Source: Burkholderiaceae bacterium
Lineage (GTDB): Bacteria; Pseudomonadota; Gammaproteobacteria; Burkholderiales; Burkholderiaceae_F
Reading direction: 5' to 3'
DNA: 18,804 bases
Assembly: GCA_035502095.1 (NCBI GenBank)
Contig: DATJUX010000031.1
Coordinates: forward strand, 1-18,804
Shown piece by piece: positions 15,612 through 18,804 of the stretch. The position numbers were made by a program, and so were the translations under genes. Every line of letters begins with the position of its first letter. Position 1 is the first letter of the stretch. Under the pieces are notes generated by a model. That model was not told the DNA's origin and did not search any database. It saw only the letters and a list, made by a program, of their open reading frames with translations.

Positions 15612-18600
15612 ACGTCTCCGCCAACTTCATCAAAAGGCCGATCGGCACGACCCTCCTGTCGGCGGCGATCCTGCTCACCGGCATCGCGGCCTTTCCGCTG
15701 CTGCCGGTCGCGCCGCTGCCGCAGGTGGACTTCCCGACGCTGCAGGTCTCGGCAAGCCTGCCCGGGGCGAGCCCGGAGACGATGGCCTCGAACGTCGCGC
15801 AGCCGCTGGAGCGCCAGTTCTCGCTCATCTCGGGGCTGTCGCAGATGACGTCGCTCTCCGGCATCGGCTCCACGCAGATCACGCTGCAGTTCGACCTGGA
15901 GCGCTCGATCGACAGCGCCGCGCTCGACGTGCAGACGGCGATCAACGCCGCGTCGGGTCAGCTGCCGCCCAACCTGCCCAGCCCGCCGACCTACCGCAAG
16001 GTCAATCCCGCCGACGCGCCGATCATGCTGATCACGGTGCAGTCGAAGACGCTGCCGCTGATCAAGGTCAACGACTACGCCGACAACATCCTCGCGCAGC
16101 AGATCTCGCAGATCTCCGGCGTGGGCCTGGTCAACATCGGCGGCGCGCAGAAGCCCGCCATCCGCATCCAGGTCGACCCGACCCGCGTGGCCGGCATGGG
16201 GCTGAGCCTGGAGGACCTGCGCACCGTCATCGCCAACATCTCGGTGAACCAGCCCAAGGGCACGGTCGACGGCGCCGCGCAGGCGTTCACCGTGTACACC
16301 AACGACCAGCTGCTGACGGCGGCGCCCTGGAACGACGTCGTGCTCGCGTACAAGAACGGCGCCCCGGTGCGGGTGCGCGACATCGGCGTCGCCATCGACG
16401 CGCCGGAAGACCGCAAGGTCGCCGCGTGGGCCTACAAGGGCGCTGCCGCGCCGCCCGAAAGCGCCATCGCCAACGATCGCTCGATCCTGCTGGTCATCTA
16501 CAAGGAGCCCGGCGCCAACGTCATCGCGACGGTGGATCGCATCCGCGCGGCCCTGCCGCGCCTGCGCGCCGCGATTCCGCCGACGATCGAGGTGCACACG
16601 CTGGTCGACCGCACGCAGACGATCCGCGCCTCGGTGCACGACGTCGAATCGACGCTGATGCTGACCATCGCCCTGGTGGTGATGGTGATCTTCCTGTTCC
16701 TGCGCAACCTCGCGGCCACCGTGATCCCGAGCGTGACCGTGCCGCTCGCCCTGCTCGGCACGTGCGCGGTGATGTATCTCGCGAAGTTCAGCCTCGACAA
16801 CCTGTCTCTGATGGCGCTGACGATTTCGGTCGGTTTCGTGGTCGACGACGCGATCGTGATGCTGGAGAACATCTACCGCCACGTGGAGGAGGGCAAGTCG
16901 CCGCTGGAGGCCGCGCTGCAGGGCGCGGGCGAGATCGCCTTCACGATCATATCGATCTCGGTCTCGCTGGTGGCCGTCTTCATCCCCCTGCTCCTGATGG
17001 GCGGCGTCGTCGGCCGCCTGTTCCGCGAATTCGCGCTTACCGTGACCATGGCCATCGCGGTCTCGGTGTTCGTCTCGCTCACGCTGACGCCGATGCTGTG
17101 CTCGCGGTACCTCAAGCACGTCGAACCCGGCCGGCACGGCCGCGTTTACATGCTGGCCGAACGGTTCTTCGAGGCGATGCTCGGCGGCTACAAGCACGGG
17201 CTGGACGTGGTGCTGCGCCACCAGTTCGCCACGCTGTGCGTGTTCCTGCTCACGATGGCGGCCTCGGTGCTTCTCTACGTCTACGTCCCCAAGGGCTTCT
17301 TCCCGCAGCAGGACACCGGGTTCATCTTCGGCAACGCGCAGGCGGCGCAGGACTCGTCGTTCGCGGCGATGAATCGCCGCATGATCCAGATCGCCGACGT
17401 CGTGCGCCAGGACCCGGACGTGAGCGGCCTCGGCATGTTCGGCAACTCCTCGACCTACAACACGGGCAACTTCTTCATCGTGCTGAAGCCGAAAGCCGAA
17501 GGCCGCACGCTGAGCGCCGACCAGATCATCGCGCGCCTGCGCCCGAAGCTCGCCGGGATCGAAGGCGTGACGCTGTTCATGCAGGCCGGCCAGGACATCA
17601 ACGTGGGCGGCCGGCTGGCACGCACGCAGTTCCAATACACCCTGACCGACGCCGACCTGAACGAGCTCAACGAATGGGCGCCCAGGGTGCTGGCGCGATT
17701 CCAGCAGCTGCCGCAGCTGACCGACGTCGCCTCCGACCTGCAGAACGCCGCCAGCACCGCCACGCTGACGATCGACCGCGACCGGGCCTCGAGCTTCGGC
17801 ATCTCGCCCGCAACCATCGACGCCACCATCTACGACGCGATCGGGCAGCGGCAGGTGAGCCAGTTCTTCACCCAGATCAACAGCTATCACGTCGTGCTCG
17901 AAGTCACGCCGGAACTGCAGACCGATCCGTCGCTGTTCAGCAAGCTCTACCTGACCTCGCCGTTGACCGGACAGCAGGTCCCGCTATCGACGTTCGTCAG
18001 CGTCGATACCAACAAGACCGCCTACCTGTCGATCAGCCACCAGAGCCAGTTCCCCGCGGTCACCCTGTCGTTCAACCTGGCGCCGGGCGCGGCGCTCGGC
18101 GACGCGGTCAACGCGATCAACAAGGCGCAGGCGCAGATGGGACTGCCGCAGGCGCTCACCGGGTCGTTCCAGGGCACGGCGAAGGCATTCACCGATTCGC
18201 TCGCCACGCAGCCGTACCTGATCGCTGCCGCGTTGATCGCCGTCTACATCGTGCTCGGCCTGCTGTACGAGAGCTACATCCACCCACTCACCATCCTTTC
18301 GACGCTGCCTTCGGCCGGCGTCGGGGCGCTGCTAATCCTGATGGCCGGCGGTTACGAGCTCACGGTCATCGCGCTGATCGGCATCATCCTGCTGATCGGC
18401 ATCGTCAAGAAGAACGGGATCATGATGGTCGACGTCGCACTCACCGCCGAGCGCGAACACGGACTCGCGCCGCTCGAAGCGATCAGGCACGCCTGCCTGC
18501 TGCGCTTCCGCCCGATCATGATGACCACGATGTGCGCGCTGCTCGCGGGTCTGCCGCTGATGCTCGGCCACGGCCAGGGATCGGAACTGCGGCGGCCGCT

Positions 18601-18757
18601 CGGCTACGCGATGGTGGGCGGACTGCTGCTGTCGCAGGCGCTGACGCTGTTCACGACGCCCGTGGTTTATCTCTACCTCGATCGCCTTCACTACTGGTAC
18701 ACGCGCCGGCGCCACGAGGCGCCGCGTCCGGTCGCCGCGCCGGTCTCCGGCGAGTAG
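15608..18757 (+). CDS. RND multidrug efflux permease of the HAE-1 family, MdtB/MdtC-like (1049 aa, GTG start overlapping the adaptor stop).
   Basis: GTG at 15608-15610 overlaps the TGA of the adaptor (GTGA). GGAGG lies 7 nt upstream. N-terminus FIKRPIGTTLLSAAILLTGIAAFPLLPVAPLPQVDFPTLQVSASLPGASPETMAS closely matches the MdtC N-terminus as recalled. 12 TM helices and two large periplasmic loops are present. The track ORF extension to 15296 is a read-through of the adaptor C-terminus in another frame. Confidence 0.9.
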   Translation: MNVSANFIKRPIGTTLLSAAILLTGIAAFPLLPVAPLPQVDFPTLQVSASLPGASPETMASNVAQPLERQFSLISGLSQMTSLSGIGSTQITLQFDLERSIDSAALDVQTAINAASGQLPPNLPSPPTYRKVNPADAPIMLITVQSKTLPLIKVNDYADNILAQQISQISGVGLVNIGGAQKPAIRIQVDPTRVAGMGLSLEDLRTVIANISVNQPKGTVDGAAQAFTVYTNDQLLTAAPWNDVVLAYKNGAPVRVRDIGVAIDAPEDRKVAAWAYKGAAAPPESAIANDRSILLVIYKEPGANVIATVDRIRAALPRLRAAIPPTIEVHTLVDRTQTIRASVHDVESTLMLTIALVVMVIFLFLRNLAATVIPSVTVPLALLGTCAVMYLAKFSLDNLSLMALTISVGFVVDDAIVMLENIYRHVEEGKSPLEAALQGAGEIAFTIISISVSLVAVFIPLLLMGGVVGRLFREFALTVTMAIAVSVFVSLTLTPMLCSRYLKHVEPGRHGRVYMLAERFFEAMLGGYKHGLDVVLRHQFATLCVFLLTMAASVLLYVYVPKGFFPQQDTGFIFGNAQAAQDSSFAAMNRRMIQIADVVRQDPDVSGLGMFGNSSTYNTGNFFIVLKPKAEGRTLSADQIIARLRPKLAGIEGVTLFMQAGQDINVGGRLARTQFQYTLTDADLNELNEWAPRVLARFQQLPQLTDVASDLQNAASTATLTIDRDRASSFGISPATIDATIYDAIGQRQVSQFFTQINSYHVVLEVTPELQTDPSLFSKLYLTSPLTGQQVPLSTFVSVDTNKTAYLSISHQSQFPAVTLSFNLAPGAALGDAVNAINKAQAQMGLPQALTGSFQGTAKAFTDSLATQPYLIAAALIAVYIVLGLLYESYIHPLTILSTLPSAGVGALLILMAGGYELTVIALIGIILLIGIVKKNGIMMVDVALTAEREHGLAPLEAIRHACLLRFRPIMMTTMCALLAGLPLMLGHGQGSELRRPLGYAMVGGLLLSQALTLFTTPVVYLYLDRLHYWYTRRRHEAPRPVAAPVSGE

Positions 18758-18786
18758 ACCCGCGACGCAGGTCGCCGATCGGGCGG

Positions 18787-18804
18787 TGCCGGGGCGCCCC
18801 GGCA
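18787..18804 (+). terminator. Perfect 18-nt palindrome TGCCGGGGCGCCCCGGCA 30 nt after the RND permease stop. It is a putative terminator stem, truncated by the window end.
   Basis: Seen directly. The downstream U-tract cannot be assessed because the window ends. Confidence 0.3.

Noticed and set aside
14966-17890. 974-aa minus-strand ORF
   Set aside because: It is antisense to the RND adaptor and permease genes, which have strong MdtA/MdtC-type identity. Its composition (Arg/Asp/His/Gly runs) is non-protein-like.

Overview
High-GC (roughly 65-70%) proteobacterial chromosomal window with 14 supportable protein-coding genes and no rRNA, tRNA, CRISPR array or recognisable mobile element. Positions 362-12539 form one co-directional minus-strand block of 11 genes dominated by cell-envelope functions. 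Listed from high to low coordinate: a hybrid sensor histidine kinase; a small hypothetical protein; a DegP/HtrA serine protease; a tandem-repeat lipoprotein; a WXXGXW-repeat polyproline lipoprotein; an orphan OmpR-type response regulator; a translationally coupled pair of a small secreted protein and a lipoprotein; a Gfo/Idh/MocA dehydrogenase; a large flotillin/SPFH protein; and a secreted COG4315-type protein. The lipoprotein of that coupled pair carries the complete motif set of a bilobed pepsin-like aspartic protease: two D-T/S-G-S catalytic motifs, a GILGIG motif and a C-terminal FFGNSVF motif. From 12982 on the plus strand, divergent from the hybrid kinase, lies an RND efflux operon in the order outer-membrane factor, MdtA-like adaptor, MdtB/C-like permease. 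The most interesting candidate is the lipoprotein pepsin-like protease module, made up of the small secreted partner, the protease and the upstream orphan regulator. It sits inside what looks like an envelope proteostasis neighbourhood. The long arginine-rich antisense ORFs in the six-frame track are GC artefacts.
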